NCBI GenBank assembly: GCA_963724765.1
Contig: CAVRVY010000003.1
Coordinates: 1,568,001 to 1,632,000 of the forward strand
DNA length: 64,000 nt
Source: an uncultured delta proteobacterium
GTDB taxonomy: Bacteria > Desulfobacterota > Binatia > Binatales > Binataceae
Direction: 5' to 3'
Under the pieces are notes generated by a model. It worked only from the letters and a program-made list of their open reading frames with translations, was not told the origin of the DNA and did no database searches. The number at the start of each line of letters is the position of its first letter. Positions within the stretch are counted from its first letter, which is position 1. Both the position numbers and the translations under genes were made by a program. Below, piece by piece: positions 1-12,258 of this stretch.

Positions 1-1
1 G

Positions 2-1039
2 TCCGAGTTCAGCCGGCAAGCCGACGGTAATCTCAACTTTCTGCGGACCGCGAGAGCCGGGGCCGCGAACGGTCCCACCGGAATCGCCATCGATCCATCC
101 AGCCGCTTTCTCTACGTGGCTAACGAGGGCGACGGGCGAATCCATCAATTCCGCATCGAGCGCCAAACGGGCGACCTCGCGATGATCGGCGAAGGTGCGG
201 TGGACGACGGATCCGCGAACCGTCCGCAACAGATCGCGATAAGTCCGCGCGGTGACTTTCTCTACGTTACCAATACCGGCAAGAGCGGCGACGCCAAAGA
301 CGGGTCGATCGCGGAATACGCGATCGACAGCGCGAGCGGTGAGCTCAAGCCACTGGAGACATTTCGCGGCAGCGGTCTGCGGCAGCCACTGGGTATAGCG
401 GTCACGCCCAACGGCAAATTCGTCTACGTTTCCGACAGTGCGGCCGGGACGCTAGTCGCATTCGCGGTCGAATCTTCTGGAAAGCTCAAGCTGGTGGCGA
501 GCACACCGAGCCTTGGCGATAAGCCGGGACGGCCCGGGCTGGTCGCGATACATCCGTCAGGCAGCTTCGTTTACACCGTCGACCGTTCGCTGGGTAGCGT
601 GGTCGTGGCCAAACCCGCCAAGGACGGCAGGCTCGATGTGACCAAGACCTATCATGTAGGCATTTCGAGCTCAGGACCGTTCAGTATCGCACTGGCCGCC
701 ATGGGTCCGAACGTGTTCGTTTATACCGCCAACCTCGTGAGCGACACGGTCTCCTCCCTTGCCGTGAAGTCGGGCGCGCTGGAGCTTGTGGGCGAGTGCC
801 CGACGGGGCTGGGGTATCCGATGGGGATGGTGGCTGATCCAGGAGGACGTGAGCTGTACGTGGTCAACCGTGACGCCTCGACCGTGGCGCGGTTCGCAAT
901 CGGCGAGACCAACGGCGTTACGCTGATTCCGGCCGCATCGATCTTCACGGAAGCCTCGCCCAACGAGCGGAGCCATCCGCTCTACATTGCGACGACTCGT
1001 TGGGACGCTCCGGCCCCAGTGACGCAGACCCGGAGATAG
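2..1039 (+). CDS. Lactonase-family (6-phosphogluconolactonase-like) beta-propeller protein, 5'-partial
   Basis: Frame is open from position 2 (SEFSRQADG...GPTGIAIDPSSRFLYVANEG). Repeated P-x-x-I-A-(I/V)-x-P-x-G-x-F-(L/V)-Y-V propeller blades. Confidence 0.8.
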   Translation, partial: SEFSRQADGNLNFLRTARAGAANGPTGIAIDPSSRFLYVANEGDGRIHQFRIERQTGDLAMIGEGAVDDGSANRPQQIAISPRGDFLYVTNTGKSGDAKDGSIAEYAIDSASGELKPLETFRGSGLRQPLGIAVTPNGKFVYVSDSAAGTLVAFAVESSGKLKLVASTPSLGDKPGRPGLVAIHPSGSFVYTVDRSLGSVVVAKPAKDGRLDVTKTYHVGISSSGPFSIALAAMGPNVFVYTANLVSDTVSSLAVKSGALELVGECPTGLGYPMGMVADPGGRELYVVNRDASTVARFAIGETNGVTLIPAASIFTEASPNERSHPLYIATTRWDAPAPVTQTRR

Positions 1040-1050
1040 CCGGCGAACTG

Positions 1051-1069
1051 ACCCGCAATCTGCGGGTTT
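1051..1069 (+). terminator. Short hairpin between convergent genes
   Basis: ACCCGCA-ATC-TGCGGGT followed by TT. Confidence 0.4.
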
Positions 1070-1087
1070 GATGAAGAATCCGCGGCC

Positions 1088-2272
1088 CTACCCGCGAGGG
1101 CCTTTCAGCTCGATCGGCGGATAGTAAGGCCGGTCCCCGAGAGCATCGACGGCGCGGAAGAATTCCGGGCCGGATGCGCTTCCGTCCTCTTCGAGCTGCA
1201 TCGTCTGACGCAGATAATTCCAGCGCTCGGGGCACAGACGCCGGGTTTCCTGAAAGTAGCGCTTGGCAGCTTCAATATGTCCCTGATGATGGAGATACTG
1301 TCCGATTCGGAAATTGGCCGTGGCCAGCGGATCGACGTTCACGGGCGCATTGATCCGCCGGCGCAGCTCCTCGGCCGAGAGCGCGTATTCGCTCTGGTCA
1401 CCCTTGGCGACCCAGTCGCGGATGGCGTCCACGTAGGCGTTCCGGACGGCTCTCGTCCGCTCGGTCGCGTCTTTTTTCATCTGGAAGGTCGAGCGATCCA
1501 TCGAACGGAATCCATCACTGCTGCCGGCGGGCTCCGCGGGGCGCACAATATTTCCCCGCTCGTCGATCCACACGGCCATCGGGACGTTAGCCATGTTGTA
1601 GAGTTCGGCGACCACGTGGCGCTCGTCGATCAGATTCGGATAAGTGGGAGCCGCCGCGCGATCGCACAGCATCGCGTCCCATCCCATGATTTCCTGAAAC
1701 AGCGGTTCGATCCGCACCGGTTCCGCCGGTTTGATGAAATCGCGCACCGCGGCAGTTCCACCGCTATCGAACGCCACCGACACGATCACGAAGTTGCGGT
1801 CTTTCAGTTCGTTGTAGATCGCCTGCCAGACTGGCAGGTCAAAGCGGCATCCTCACCAGCTTGCCCATGAAAGCAGAAGAACCTTGCGGCCCCTGTAGTC
1901 CGAAAGCGAATGAAGGTTGCCGTCGATATCGGGCAGGGTGAAGTCCGGCGCCTTGAGCGAACCAAGGGCGTTGCGCCGGGTAGCCGCCGACTCACCAAAA
2001 AACCAAAGCGCATGCGAGTCGTTGTGAACGACCGGCTGGCCGAGTTGGCGCGCCAGAGCGGCCAGGTTGACGAGGTCGCCGCCGCGCAAAAACTGGTCAC
2101 GTCGCGCAGCCGGGATGGGTACGCAGCGTTCGTCGCGACACAGGCCCTGCGGTTTGAGCTCCCAGCCCGTGGCCGCCTGCAACTCGCCGATCGGCATCCA
2201 GAGATCGTCCCCCTGGGCCTGGCCGTTCTGGACGGTCGCGGCGCGGTCTTCATAGATTATAGTCACTGCCAT
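1088..2272 (-). CDS. ResA/TlpA-like thioredoxin-fold selenoprotein (WASW-U-GC motif) with C-terminal TPR-like helices, about 394 aa with UGA read as Sec
   Basis: ORFs 1853..2380 and 1088..1789 are in the same frame, separated only by TGA at 1853-1855: APDFTLPDIDG...LLLSWASW*GCRFDLPVWQAIYNELKDRNFVIVSVAFD. ATG at 2272 has a GGAGGG RBS. A SECIS-like hairpin follows the TGA. Confidence 0.85.
1822..1855 (-). promoter_or_regulatory. Sec UGA codon plus bacterial SECIS-like hairpin
   Basis: mRNA reads UGA GGAUGCCGCUUUGA CCUGCCA-GUC-UGGCAGG: a 7-bp stem with a G-starting apical loop 21 nt after the UGA. Confidence 0.75.
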
Positions 2273-2568
2273 CGGCGGTCCCTCCGGTGCGAGCAACGGA
2301 AATCTCTTGAGCGTCACGCTCACCTGATGCGTGACGCGGTGCATGCTGAACATCCACACTCCGGCACCATTTTCCAGCAATCGAAGTTCAAAATAAAGGA
2401 AATTCTCGATGACGGCACATTTGGTGGCGGTCGGTTTTCACGGCGATTCAAACCGTAACCGAGAGTCGTGCTTTAACGTCTTATAAGGAATAAATTGTCA
2501 CGAGGAGCACGCCCGATCGTGCGAGGTGAAGCTCCAACTGATAAAAACGAAGGAAATGATGGATTCAA

Positions 2569-2743
2569 GCGCTCCGCAGGGGAGAGGCGAAGGATTTCTA
2601 CCTCCCACCCAGGGGGACTGTCCAAGCGGTGCGTCTGCGCAGAGGGAACGTGACGGCGCCCTGCTGGTCGAAATCGCCCCGCGTATCTACCAGCGGCACA
2701 GGCCCAGGCGGAAGAGCAGTTGGTGAAAGACCCGGCCACGATG
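2569..2743 (+). pseudogene. Degenerate relic of an mdtA-like RND adaptor gene
   Basis: Fragments in shifting frames (ALRRGEAKDFYLPPRGTV; GALLVEIAPRIYQ; AQAEEQLVKDPATM) match the adjacent MdtA segments [16 protein letters not shown] and [30 protein letters not shown]. Confidence 0.5.
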
Positions 2744-2880
2744 GGAGTACTGTTAGCGACTCCCGGCCAGCGCTGATCCCTTGAATTACCGCCTACGGAG
2801 CCTTCAGATTCTGGAAGCTTATCAATATACAACGCCCTAATCTCACGAGAGCACATTTGCAAGGCGCTGAAACACCAATT

Positions 2881-4122
2881 ATGGACAACAAGCCGGCAGT
2901 CAAGACGCGGTCGCCCTCGTATTTCACTGCAGTCGAGACCGGTCATACACGGACCATCAACGGTATCCATCGCTGGTGGCTGTGGCTGGTAGCGCTCGGG
3001 GTAGTCGGCGTCGGGCTGTACGTTTGGACCGCGCGCAGTTCGAGCAAGGGCCCACCCATCGTGCCCTCCGTCCCGGTCTCGGCAATTCTGGCAAAACAGG
3101 GCGATTTGAATATCTACCTGAGTCAAATCGGGACTGTCACGCCATTTGCCACGGTAACCGTGGTAAGCCGGGTGTCCGGCCAGATTCTGAAGATCGATTT
3201 CAAAGAGGGGCAAATAGTTGAACCCGGTCAACTGTTGTTCGATATCGATTCGCGTCCGTACCAGGCGCAACTGGTCCAGTACGAGGGACAGTTGGCTCGC
3301 GACGCGGCCACGTTGGCCAACGCCAAGATTACCTTGGCGCGTTATCGCCTTTTGCTCCAGCAGGGAGTGATCGCCCGCCAGGATCTCGACAACCAGCAAG
3401 CGCTTTACGACCAGGCGCGCGGCTCGATCGAAAACGATAAAGGGTTGATTGACGCGGTCAAGGTTAACTTGGGGTACTGTCGAGTGGTCTCTCCAATCAA
3501 GGGCCGTATCGGTTTGCGGCAGGTCGATTTGGGCAACTACGTGCAAGCGTCGAATGCGCTCGTGGTAATCACCCAATTGCAGCCGATCTCGGTGATCTTC
3601 AGCGTCCCGGAAGACGACATTCAGGAAGTTACCAAGGACATGAGCGGCGGCCAGGTGGCGGTCCAGGCCTGGAATCGCGATTTTAGCAAGCAACTTGCGA
3701 GCGGGTTTCTTCTGACCCTGGATAACGAAATCGACCAGACGACCGGCACGCTTAAGCTGCGGGCACAGTTTGCCAATGACGACTTGGCCCTTTTTCCGAA
3801 CGAATTCGTCAATGCCAGGTTGCTAGTCGAAACGCTGCACAACACGGTGCTGGTATCGACCGCTGCCGTCCAACGGACCCAGCAGAGCGACTACGTTTAT
3901 GTGGTTCAGTCCGACAAGACCGTCGTGCGCCGTTCGGTCGTGGCAAGCGCGACCCAAGGCGATCTCACGGCGATCGGAAAAGGGCTACAAACTGGTGAGA
4001 TCGTGGTGACCGACGGGCTGGATAAGCTGCAACCGGGCAGCAAAGTCGCCGTCCGGATGGAATCGGGCGCCGCGGCGGCATCGGCGGCAAATAGTCCGTC
4101 ACAAAACCTGGCTGGCCAATGA
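2881..4122 (+). CDS. mdtA: RND efflux periplasmic adaptor subunit, MdtA family
   Basis: N-terminal TM segment; [49 protein letters not shown] motifs; start uncertain (2857 or 2881). Confidence 0.92.
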   Translation: MDNKPAVKTRSPSYFTAVETGHTRTINGIHRWWLWLVALGVVGVGLYVWTARSSSKGPPIVPSVPVSAILAKQGDLNIYLSQIGTVTPFATVTVVSRVSGQILKIDFKEGQIVEPGQLLFDIDSRPYQAQLVQYEGQLARDAATLANAKITLARYRLLLQQGVIARQDLDNQQALYDQARGSIENDKGLIDAVKVNLGYCRVVSPIKGRIGLRQVDLGNYVQASNALVVITQLQPISVIFSVPEDDIQEVTKDMSGGQVAVQAWNRDFSKQLASGFLLTLDNEIDQTTGTLKLRAQFANDDLALFPNEFVNARLLVETLHNTVLVSTAAVQRTQQSDYVYVVQSDKTVVRRSVVASATQGDLTAIGKGLQTGEIVVTDGLDKLQPGSKVAVRMESGAAAASAANSPSQNLAGQ

Positions 4123-7100
4123 GCCTATCGCGGCCATTCATCCTTCGACCGATAGCAACCTCGCTGCTGATGGCGGCCATCCTACTTGCAGGAGGGTTTG
4201 CGTACAAGCAGTTACCGGTCTCGGCGTTACCCGAAGTCGACTATCCCACCATTCAGGTCATGACGTTTTATCCCGGCGCCAGCCCCGACGTGATGGCGTC
4301 GTCGGTAACGGCACCCCTCGAACGACAGTTCGGCGAAGTGCCGGGTCTCAACCAGATGACCTCCAATAGTTCGTTTGGCAGCTCCGTCATCACCTTACAG
4401 TTCGATTTGAACCTTGACATCGACGTGGCCGAGCAGGAAGTGCAGGAGGCTATCAACGCAGCGGCCACCTACTTGCCTACCAATCTGCCGACTCCGCCAA
4501 TTTACAGCAAAATTAACCCCGCCGATGCGCCGATTCTCACTCTTGGGCTGACGTCGACCGAGCTCCCCTTGGATCAGGTGGAGGATTTGGCCGACACTCG
4601 CCTGTCGGAGAGGATTTCTCAGGTTCCGGGCGTGGGATTGGTAACCATCAGTGGCGGACAGAAGCCCTCGGTGCGCATCCAGGTCAATCCGCTCCAGCTT
4701 GCCGCTTATGGCTTAACCCTGGAGGAACTCCGCAGCGCGGTTGCGGCCTCGAACGTCGACGAGGCCAAGGGCAACTTCGATGGCCTGAACCTGGACTATA
4801 CCATCGAGGACAACGATCAATTACTCACGGCCCGGGCCTATCTGCCACAAATAATAGCCTATCATAACGGCGCCCCGGTGCGGTTGTCAGACGTCGCCAA
4901 GGTGGTTGCCGAGCCGGAAAACGTCAAGCAAGCGGCCTGGATGAACAACGAGCCCGCCGTGATTCTGAACGTGCAGCGCCAGCCGGGGGCGAATATCATC
5001 ACGGTGGTGGATCAGATCAAGGGGCTGCTGCCCTCGCTCCAGAGCACGCTGCCCACGTCGGTCAAGGTTGCGGTGCTGACGGATCGCACGGTCACCATCC
5101 GGGCCTCGGTGCAAGACGTTGAGTTCGAGTTGATGCTGACCGTGGCCCTGGTCGTGATGGTGATATTCCTATTCCTGCGCAGCCTTGCGGCAACGGTTAT
5201 TCCCAGTGTCGCGGTGCCGCTCTCATTGGTGGGCACTTTTGGGGTGATGTATCTGCTCGGCTACAGCCTGAACAATCTCACCCTGATGGGACTGACCATT
5301 TCCACCGGTTTCGTGGTTGACGACGCGATCGTGATGATCGAGAACATCGGCCGCTTTATCGAGGAAGGCGAGTCGCCGCTGCAGGGAGCGCTCAAAGGGG
5401 CCAAGCAGATTGGGTTCACGATATTGTCGCTGACGGTATCGTTAATCGCTGTGCTGATTCCGCTGCTTTTTATGGGAGATATCGTCGGCCGGCTGTTTCG
5501 GCAGTTCGCAATCACCCTCGCAGTGACTATCCTGGTGTCCGCCGTCGTATCACTCACCCTCACACCGATGATGTGCGCCAAGCTGCTGCACAACACGAAG
5601 GAGGAGGAGAAGAGCCGCTTTCACAAGGCCTCCGAGCGGGTGTTTGAGCGCAGTATCGATCTGTACGGCCGGACTCTGCAATGGGTGCTGCGGCATCAAC
5701 CGGCGACGTTACTGGTGGCGATCGGAACGCTGGTGCTGACCGTGCTGCTGTACTGGTACGTGCCCAAGGGCTTTTTTCCGATCGAAGACACCGGGGTGGT
5801 CCAGGGGGTGTCGGAGGCGCCCCAGAACATCTCGTTCTCCGCGATGGCGCGCAGGCAGCAGGCATTGGTGAAAGTGATTCTCCAGGACCCGGCGGTGGAA
5901 AGCCTTTCCTCGTTCATCGGCATCGACGGGACGAACACCACGGTCAACAGCGGACGAATCCTGATCAATCTGAAGCCGCTCGCCGAGCGCAAGGCCGATG
6001 TCGAACAGATTATCGCCCGCCTGCAACCCAAGTTGGCGCAGGTCGGAGGAATTACTCTTTATTTACAGCCGGTCCAGGATCTCACGGTGGATGATCGGAT
6101 CAGCCGAACTCAGTATCAATATACCCTCGAGGATCCGAGTTCCGAAGAACTGAGTTTTTGGACCAACAAGCTGCTCGAGAAGCTCAAGACCATCGCGGCG
6201 CTGCAAGACATCGCAACCGATCAGCAGAACCAAGGGCTCGGAGCCCATCTGGTGATCGATCGCGATACCGCGTCACGATTGGGGGTTACCACGTCCACGA
6301 TAGACAATACGCTCTATGACGCTTTTGGCCAGCGCCAGATCTCGACCATGTTCACCCAGCTTAACCAGTATCATGTGGTGATGGAGGTGGACCCCAAGTT
6401 CCAGCGCAATCCAAAGGCTCTACAGAGCATCTATGTCAGCTCGGCAACTGGCGGTCAGGTACCGATCAGCGCCTTTACGCATTACGAGCCGAACACGACG
6501 CCGCTGATCGTCAATCATCAGGGCCAATTTCCCTGCGTTACCATCTCCTTCAACCTGGCCTCCGGCTACTCGCTGGGCGAAGCGGTCGATGCGATCAACC
6601 AGGCGCAACGGGAAATCGGAATGCCAATCAGCGTACAAGGGGCCTTCCAAGGTACCGCCGCTGCATTCGGCGCATCGCTGGCCAATGAACCGCTACTGAT
6701 CCTGGCCGCCGTGATTACAGTCTACATCGTGCTGGGAGTGCTGTACGAAAGTTACATTCATCCGATCACGATTCTTTCGACCCTGCCCTCCGCGGGAGTG
6801 GGCGCGATCCTGGCGCTGATGATCTGCCGGATGGATCTCAATGTGGTTGCGCTCATTGGCATCATCCTGTTGATCGGCATCGTCAAAAAAAATGCCATCA
6901 TGATGATTGACTTTGCCCTGGAGGCACAGCGTGAGGGTGGCAAGAGCGCCGACGACGCTATCTACCAGGCCTGCCTACTGCGGTTTCGGCCGATCATGAT
7001 GACTACAATGGCGGCTTTGCTGGGGAGCCTGCCCTTAGCGCTGGGCTCCGGCACCGGCTCCGAGTTGCGCCGGCCTCTGGGAGTGGCGATCGTGGGTGGC

Positions 7101-7229
7101 TTGCTAGTCAGCCAATTGCTCACGCTTTACACCACTCCGGTGATCTTTCTTTATTTCGAGCGCCTCGCCCCGGGCTCGGGTAAGCAGCGCGATCTGGAGG
7201 ACGCCGAGCTTGCAGCTATGAGCTCATGA
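4119..7229 (+). CDS. mdtB: RND efflux permease, MdtB family
   Basis: [18 protein letters not shown]..., [38 protein letters not shown]; ATGA overlap with mdtA. Confidence 0.95.
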   Translation: MSLSRPFILRPIATSLLMAAILLAGGFAYKQLPVSALPEVDYPTIQVMTFYPGASPDVMASSVTAPLERQFGEVPGLNQMTSNSSFGSSVITLQFDLNLDIDVAEQEVQEAINAAATYLPTNLPTPPIYSKINPADAPILTLGLTSTELPLDQVEDLADTRLSERISQVPGVGLVTISGGQKPSVRIQVNPLQLAAYGLTLEELRSAVAASNVDEAKGNFDGLNLDYTIEDNDQLLTARAYLPQIIAYHNGAPVRLSDVAKVVAEPENVKQAAWMNNEPAVILNVQRQPGANIITVVDQIKGLLPSLQSTLPTSVKVAVLTDRTVTIRASVQDVEFELMLTVALVVMVIFLFLRSLAATVIPSVAVPLSLVGTFGVMYLLGYSLNNLTLMGLTISTGFVVDDAIVMIENIGRFIEEGESPLQGALKGAKQIGFTILSLTVSLIAVLIPLLFMGDIVGRLFRQFAITLAVTILVSAVVSLTLTPMMCAKLLHNTKEEEKSRFHKASERVFERSIDLYGRTLQWVLRHQPATLLVAIGTLVLTVLLYWYVPKGFFPIEDTGVVQGVSEAPQNISFSAMARRQQALVKVILQDPAVESLSSFIGIDGTNTTVNSGRILINLKPLAERKADVEQIIARLQPKLAQVGGITLYLQPVQDLTVDDRISRTQYQYTLEDPSSEELSFWTNKLLEKLKTIAALQDIATDQQNQGLGAHLVIDRDTASRLGVTTSTIDNTLYDAFGQRQISTMFTQLNQYHVVMEVDPKFQRNPKALQSIYVSSATGGQVPISAFTHYEPNTTPLIVNHQGQFPCVTISFNLASGYSLGEAVDAINQAQREIGMPISVQGAFQGTAAAFGASLANEPLLILAAVITVYIVLGVLYESYIHPITILSTLPSAGVGAILALMICRMDLNVVALIGIILLIGIVKKNAIMMIDFALEAQREGGKSADDAIYQACLLRFRPIMMTTMAALLGSLPLALGSGTGSELRRPLGVAIVGGLLVSQLLTLYTTPVIFLYFERLAPGSGKQRDLEDAELAAMSS

Positions 7230-10200
7230 GCCTATCCGAAACCTTCATCAGGAATTCTGTCGGCACCACACTGCTGACCATTGCCATCACCTTGGCGGGT
7301 GTTGTCGCTTTCCGTTCCTTGCCCGTGGCGCCTTTGCCGGCGGTGGACTTTCCCACGATCCAGGTCCAAGCGCAGCTACCGGGCGCCAGTCCGGAAACGA
7401 TAGCGAGCTCGGTCGCGACACCGCTGGAGCGTCAATTCGGCCATATCGCATCGCTGACCGAGATGACTTCGACCAGCACTCTGGGCCAGACCGCAATCGT
7501 TCTGCAGTTCGACCTCAACCGCAATATCGACGCCGCCGGGCGTGACGTGCAAGCCGCGATCAACGCTGCCAACAGTAATCTGCCAGCCAATCTGCCCTCC
7601 AAGCCGACCTACAAGAAGGTGAATCCCGCCGATCCGCCGATCATGATTCTGGCGCTAACCTCTGACATTAAAAAGCCGGGCGAGATGTATGACGCTGCAG
7701 ACTCGATTCTGCAGCAGAAGCTATCGCAGATCGAAGGGGTCGGCCAGGTGATCGTCGGAGGCGGAGCGTTGCCCGCAGTTCGCGTCGAGCTTAATCCCGT
7801 TCAGCTCAATAGTATGGGCATTAGCCTGGAACAGGTGCGCAGCGTGCTGGCGTCGGCCAACGCCAATCTTCCCAAGGGCGAGTTTGCTGACGACCATAAC
7901 GCCTGGAGCATCAGCACCACCGACCAGCTTCTGAAAGCCAATCAGTACCAGCCGCTGATCGTCGGCTATCACAATGGCAATGTCGTACGGCTGTCGGACG
8001 TAGCCGATGTCAGAGATTCGGTCCAGGAAGTTCGTGCGTCGGGCTACTCCGATCTCAAACGCGCCATCCTGGTGTTGGTTTGGCGCCAACCCAGCGCCAA
8101 TGTCATCGAAACCGTCGATCGAGTTTATGCGGCCCTGCCCGCGCTGCAGGCTTCCATCGCGGCCTCGATCAACCTGAAGGTGGTGCTCGATCGCAGCACC
8201 AGCATCAGGGAGTCGGTCAACAACGTCGAGGCCACCTTGTTGATCTCGGTGTGCCTGGTGGTGATGGTGGTCTTTTTATTCCTGCGCGACCTGACAACAA
8301 CCGCAATTCCCGGGGTGGTCGTGCCCGTTTCCCTGATTGCCACCTTCGGCGTCATGTACCTGTTTGGGTTCAGCATCGACAACCTTTCGCTGATGGCGCT
8401 GACCATATCGACCGGCTTCGTGGTTGACGACGCGATCGTCGTAGTCGAAAACATCTCCCGCTACCTGGAGCAGGGTCATAGTCCCTTTAAAGCCGCGGTG
8501 CTCGGCCTTAGAGAGATTGGCTTTACCGTAATTTCGATCAGCCTGTCACTCATCGCGGTCTTTATTCCGATTCTGCTGATGGGCGGAATTGTTGGACGTC
8601 TGTTCCGTGAATTCGCGGTGACTCTGGCGGCGGCCGTCGCGGTCTCGATGGTGGTGTCGCTGACCACTACGCCGATGATGTGCGCCAAGCTGCTGCACCG
8701 CCAGCATGACCGTCAGCACGGCCGCGCTTACCAGCTTGGGGAGCGGGTATTCGACTGGGTACTCAAGCGCTACGAAGTGAGTTTGACCTGGGTCTTGTAC
8801 CATTCCCGCCTGGTGGGGTTCATCGCGTTGATGACTGTCGCGATTAACATCTATCTCTTCTACGTCATTCCCAAGGGCTTTTTTCCCGAGCAGGATAACG
8901 GACGCCTGATAGGCTCGATCGTGGCGGACCAGGATACTTCCTATCAGGCGATGAACCGTCGCCTGCTGCGGTTGATCGCGGCGGTGCGCAGCGACCCGGC
9001 GGTCGCCAACGTGCTCGCTTTCACCGGAACCAGGGGCGCGACCAACACCGCCAGCATGTATATCGAGCTAAAGCCGCTTAGTGAGCGTAAGCTCAGCGCT
9101 CAACAGATAATCGGGCGAATCCGAAAGAAAGTCGCCAGCCACTCGGGACTTAGCCTTTATCTCCAGGCGCAACAGGATCTGCGGATCGGAGGGAGATCGT
9201 CTAACGCTGAGTACCAGTATAGTCTGGTGAGCGACGACCTTCACCTGCTGACCCTATGGGCGCCCAAGTTGCTGGAGCGGATGCGTGCGATCCCCGAGCT
9301 GAGCGACGTTAACAGCGACCAGCAGAATGCGGGGCTGTCGGCCAATGTGCAGCTCGATCGAGACACAGCTTCGCGCCTGGGCCTCTCCATGCAGACCATG
9401 GACGATACGTTGTACGACGCTTTCGGTGAGCGCGAAGTCTCGACTATGTATACCCCGTTGAATCAGTATTTTGTGGTGATGGAGGTCGCGCCCGCCTTTT
9501 GGCAGAATCCCCAAACCCTCCACGAGATACATCTCGGTGCCAATGCTTCCATGTCCGCTACGCCGCCTGCCACTGCGAGCACGGCTGCAGCAGCCCAAAG
9601 CCTGAGCAACTCGAACATCGCCGGCTCCGGCAGCGGCGCCAGCACCTTCTCCCAACCGGCTAACACGAACCTGGTCGGCGGCGTACTTAGCGCTTTGGGC
9701 TCCAGCGTAAATGGTTTGCCGAGCACGACTGCATCCAGCAGTGGAACTTCCATCGTGGCTGGGCTCGGAACCACCACAGCTCCGGCGGTCTCGAGCGCTC
9801 CCAGCTCCTCGCCGACGCCGGTCGCAGGAGTCCTGAGCACGAACGGCAGCACGACCGCTAACAGCACGACTTCGAGCAGCACTACTTCGAGCAGCACGAC
9901 TTCGCCTGCGGCACCGTCAGGTATCGGAAGTTCCGCGCCGGGCGCCGGCGTTGGCGTCAGCTCCGCTGCGATCGTCGAGGGCGCCGCTACTGCGCCCAGT
10001 AATGGCGTCACCGTTATCGGCGCAACCGCCGCGGCGGGTGCCGCCACCGCTTCCACCGGCATGATTCCCCTGGGCAGCATTTCCCGTTTGAACGACTCGA
10101 CCACCCCACTGGCGGTGAACCATCAGGGACAATTCCCCGCAGTTACCATGTCGTTCAATCTTGCGCCGCGGGTCTCTCTGGGACAGGCGGTCGACTTAAT

Positions 10201-10846
10201 CAACCGCGCCGAGCAGGACATACATATGCCCTCGGAGATTCGCGGCGCCTTTGCGGGTACTGCTCAGACCTTTCAAGCGTCGCTTGCCAACGAGCCGATG
10301 TTGATCATGGCAGCCTTGCTTAGCGTTTATATCGTGCTCGGAATTTTGTACGAGAGTTATGTGCATCCGATTACGATTCTCTCGACGCTACCCTCGGCGG
10401 GCGTCGGCGCTTTGCTGGCGCTGGAAATCTGCGGCATCGATCTGAGCGTCATCGCGCTGGTCGGGATTATCCTGTTGATCGGCATCGTCAAGAAAAATGC
10501 GATCCTGATGATCGACTTTGCCCTCGAGGCCGAGCGCACCCAGGGCAAGTCGCCCGAGGACGCTATTTTTCAGGCCTGCATGTTGCGCTTTCGGCCGATC
10601 ATGATGACCACGATGGCGGCGCTGCTCGGTGGTCTGCCGCTGGCGTTGGGAACGGGCTATGGTTCCGAATTGCGCCGTCCGCTCGGAATCGCGATCGTCG
10701 GCGGCCTCATCGTAAGCCAGATGCTCACGCTGTTCACGACCCCGGTGATCTACCTGTACATGGAACGGCTTCGCCTGTGGGGCGAGCGCCTGCGCGGCCG
10801 CCTCTCGCGCAAGCCCGCGGTTACGCCGGGCGTGGCCGGCGTTTAG
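7226..10846 (+). CDS. mdtC: RND efflux permease, MdtC family, with a long Ser/Thr/Ala/Gly-rich insertion
   Basis: Paralogue of the upstream permease ([32 protein letters not shown]); about 170 extra low-complexity residues at about 9535-10060. Confidence 0.92.
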   Translation: MSLSETFIRNSVGTTLLTIAITLAGVVAFRSLPVAPLPAVDFPTIQVQAQLPGASPETIASSVATPLERQFGHIASLTEMTSTSTLGQTAIVLQFDLNRNIDAAGRDVQAAINAANSNLPANLPSKPTYKKVNPADPPIMILALTSDIKKPGEMYDAADSILQQKLSQIEGVGQVIVGGGALPAVRVELNPVQLNSMGISLEQVRSVLASANANLPKGEFADDHNAWSISTTDQLLKANQYQPLIVGYHNGNVVRLSDVADVRDSVQEVRASGYSDLKRAILVLVWRQPSANVIETVDRVYAALPALQASIAASINLKVVLDRSTSIRESVNNVEATLLISVCLVVMVVFLFLRDLTTTAIPGVVVPVSLIATFGVMYLFGFSIDNLSLMALTISTGFVVDDAIVVVENISRYLEQGHSPFKAAVLGLREIGFTVISISLSLIAVFIPILLMGGIVGRLFREFAVTLAAAVAVSMVVSLTTTPMMCAKLLHRQHDRQHGRAYQLGERVFDWVLKRYEVSLTWVLYHSRLVGFIALMTVAINIYLFYVIPKGFFPEQDNGRLIGSIVADQDTSYQAMNRRLLRLIAAVRSDPAVANVLAFTGTRGATNTASMYIELKPLSERKLSAQQIIGRIRKKVASHSGLSLYLQAQQDLRIGGRSSNAEYQYSLVSDDLHLLTLWAPKLLERMRAIPELSDVNSDQQNAGLSANVQLDRDTASRLGLSMQTMDDTLYDAFGEREVSTMYTPLNQYFVVMEVAPAFWQNPQTLHEIHLGANASMSATPPATASTAAAAQSLSNSNIAGSGSGASTFSQPANTNLVGGVLSALGSSVNGLPSTTASSSGTSIVAGLGTTTAPAVSSAPSSSPTPVAGVLSTNGSTTANSTTSSSTTSSSTTSPAAPSGIGSSAPGAGVGVSSAAIVEGAATAPSNGVTVIGATAAAGAATASTGMIPLGSISRLNDSTTPLAVNHQGQFPAVTMSFNLAPRVSLGQAVDLINRAEQDIHMPSEIRGAFAGTAQTFQASLANEPMLIMAALLSVYIVLGILYESYVHPITILSTLPSAGVGALLALEICGIDLSVIALVGIILLIGIVKKNAILMIDFALEAERTQGKSPEDAIFQACMLRFRPIMMTTMAALLGGLPLALGTGYGSELRRPLGIAIVGGLIVSQMLTLFTTPVIYLYMERLRLWGERLRGRLSRKPAVTPGVAGV
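9863..9904 (+). repeat. 15-bp tandem repeat (about 2.8 copies) encoding STTSS
   Basis: agcacgacttcgagc agcactacttcgagc agcacgacttcg. Confidence 0.8.
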
Positions 10847-10906
10847 TTTCGCCCGCGAACCGGCAGCGGCGTCGCGAGCCGGCGCGCGAGCTCCTGAGTT
10901 ACGCCT

Positions 10907-11980
10907 CTAGTATCTGGCGATAATCTCGTTGCCGAACTCGCGAATCATTTCGCGCCCGTCGGTTCCGGTAAGACGCAGCGCGATGCCTGTCACGCCGGCC
11001 TCTTCGAGCTCTTTTAGCCGTTCGATCACGGCCGATGCCGGTCCGGTTACGGTGGTCGCCTCGAGCAGTTGCCGCGTGACGTACCGTTCCTCGCCTGGCT
11101 TGGTGAAGATTAGATGCCCCAGGTGAATCTCTTGATACCGTTTCTCCCAGGGCGTTTTCATCTTCATTATGTATTCGTCGAAGTAGCGCTTGGCCAACGG
11201 CTGAAACTCCGGAGGCGCAAAGGGACCGATCGGAGTGTTTTCCGGATGCCAGATCGTGTGCAGGCTGAGCGCGCCCCAGGAGCCCAGGCGCGCGAAGACC
11301 CGGGGTGACATGATGTCTTCGCCTTTGCGCAACACGCAGCCGGCCGTTACGATCACGGTAGGAATTCGTTCCAGCGCCCGCCCTACTCTTTTAGCGGCGT
11401 CGCGGATCTCTGAAAGCCCGCTCCGAATCATTCCAGGGTCCGCGCCCACCGTAATCCAGCCGTCGCCCACCTCGCCCACGACGCGGACGGCCTTGGGCAG
11501 ATTGGCGCCAACGTAAATCGGAACCGGATCCTTGACGTTGATGAAACCCATCTCAGGATGAAGTAGGCGCACCGCCCGCTCGCGGTCGTCTTCCCGGTAG
11601 AGCGCTTCCTTCCCGGCCAGCAGCTTGCGCAACACCTTGACTTCCTCCGCCAGCACCTTAAGCGGTGTGGCCGGCATCCCCATGACGTTGCGCGCGCTGA
11701 AACCGCTTCCTATACCGGCGATTACGCGGCCCGGTGCGAGCTCGTTGATCGTTGCCAGCGCGGACGCGCTGACGGGCGCGGCCCGGTTGCCCGCGCATAG
11801 AACAAAGGTTCCCAGAACGGAGGTGCGCGAGTGCTCAGCCGCCAGCGCCATGGTGGCGAAGATGTCGCTGTAACACATGTGCGAATCGTCGAACCAGGCA
11901 TGGCTGAAGCCATATTCCTCGGCCATTTCCACATCGTGCCAGGCGCGAATATATGTTGGATAACTGATTCCGAATTGCAT
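10907..11980 (-). CDS. LLM-class (luciferase-like) flavin/F420-dependent oxidoreductase
   Basis: MQFGISYP...AEEYGFSHAWFDDSH, TINELAPGRVIAGIGSG; ATG at 11980 with GGAGG RBS. Confidence 0.88.
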   Translation of the reverse strand: MQFGISYPTYIRAWHDVEMAEEYGFSHAWFDDSHMCYSDIFATMALAAEHSRTSVLGTFVLCAGNRAAPVSASALATINELAPGRVIAGIGSGFSARNVMGMPATPLKVLAEEVKVLRKLLAGKEALYREDDRERAVRLLHPEMGFINVKDPVPIYVGANLPKAVRVVGEVGDGWITVGADPGMIRSGLSEIRDAAKRVGRALERIPTVIVTAGCVLRKGEDIMSPRVFARLGSWGALSLHTIWHPENTPIGPFAPPEFQPLAKRYFDEYIMKMKTPWEKRYQEIHLGHLIFTKPGEERYVTRQLLEATTVTGPASAVIERLKELEEAGVTGIALRLTGTDGREMIREFGNEIIARY

Positions 11981-12258
11981 TGGCGGCTGCCTCCTCGGAG
12001 TCGAATGTTCTACTGCGTTACAGTCGGCGGGCACACCCACAAGCGCCCTGGCACCCCATCCTTCGATAGCGTCATGCGTGAGCAAACGCAACGCCAATTT
12101 TGACAGGCCCGATAAAGGCTGCCTTCCCTGGCCATTGGAGGAATACTGTTGTCCGCGACTTCGCGAAGTGGTTAAGATTCAACAAGGTTGGCGCTCCTGC
12201 GGGGGAGCGCGGACTAAATCCGCCAGAGGTATCGCGGGAGAATCCCAGGAGAATCTAA

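Noticed and set aside
2473-3693. 406-aa minus-strand ORF
   Set aside because: Antisense shadow of mdtA in high-GC DNA with no recognisable motifs.
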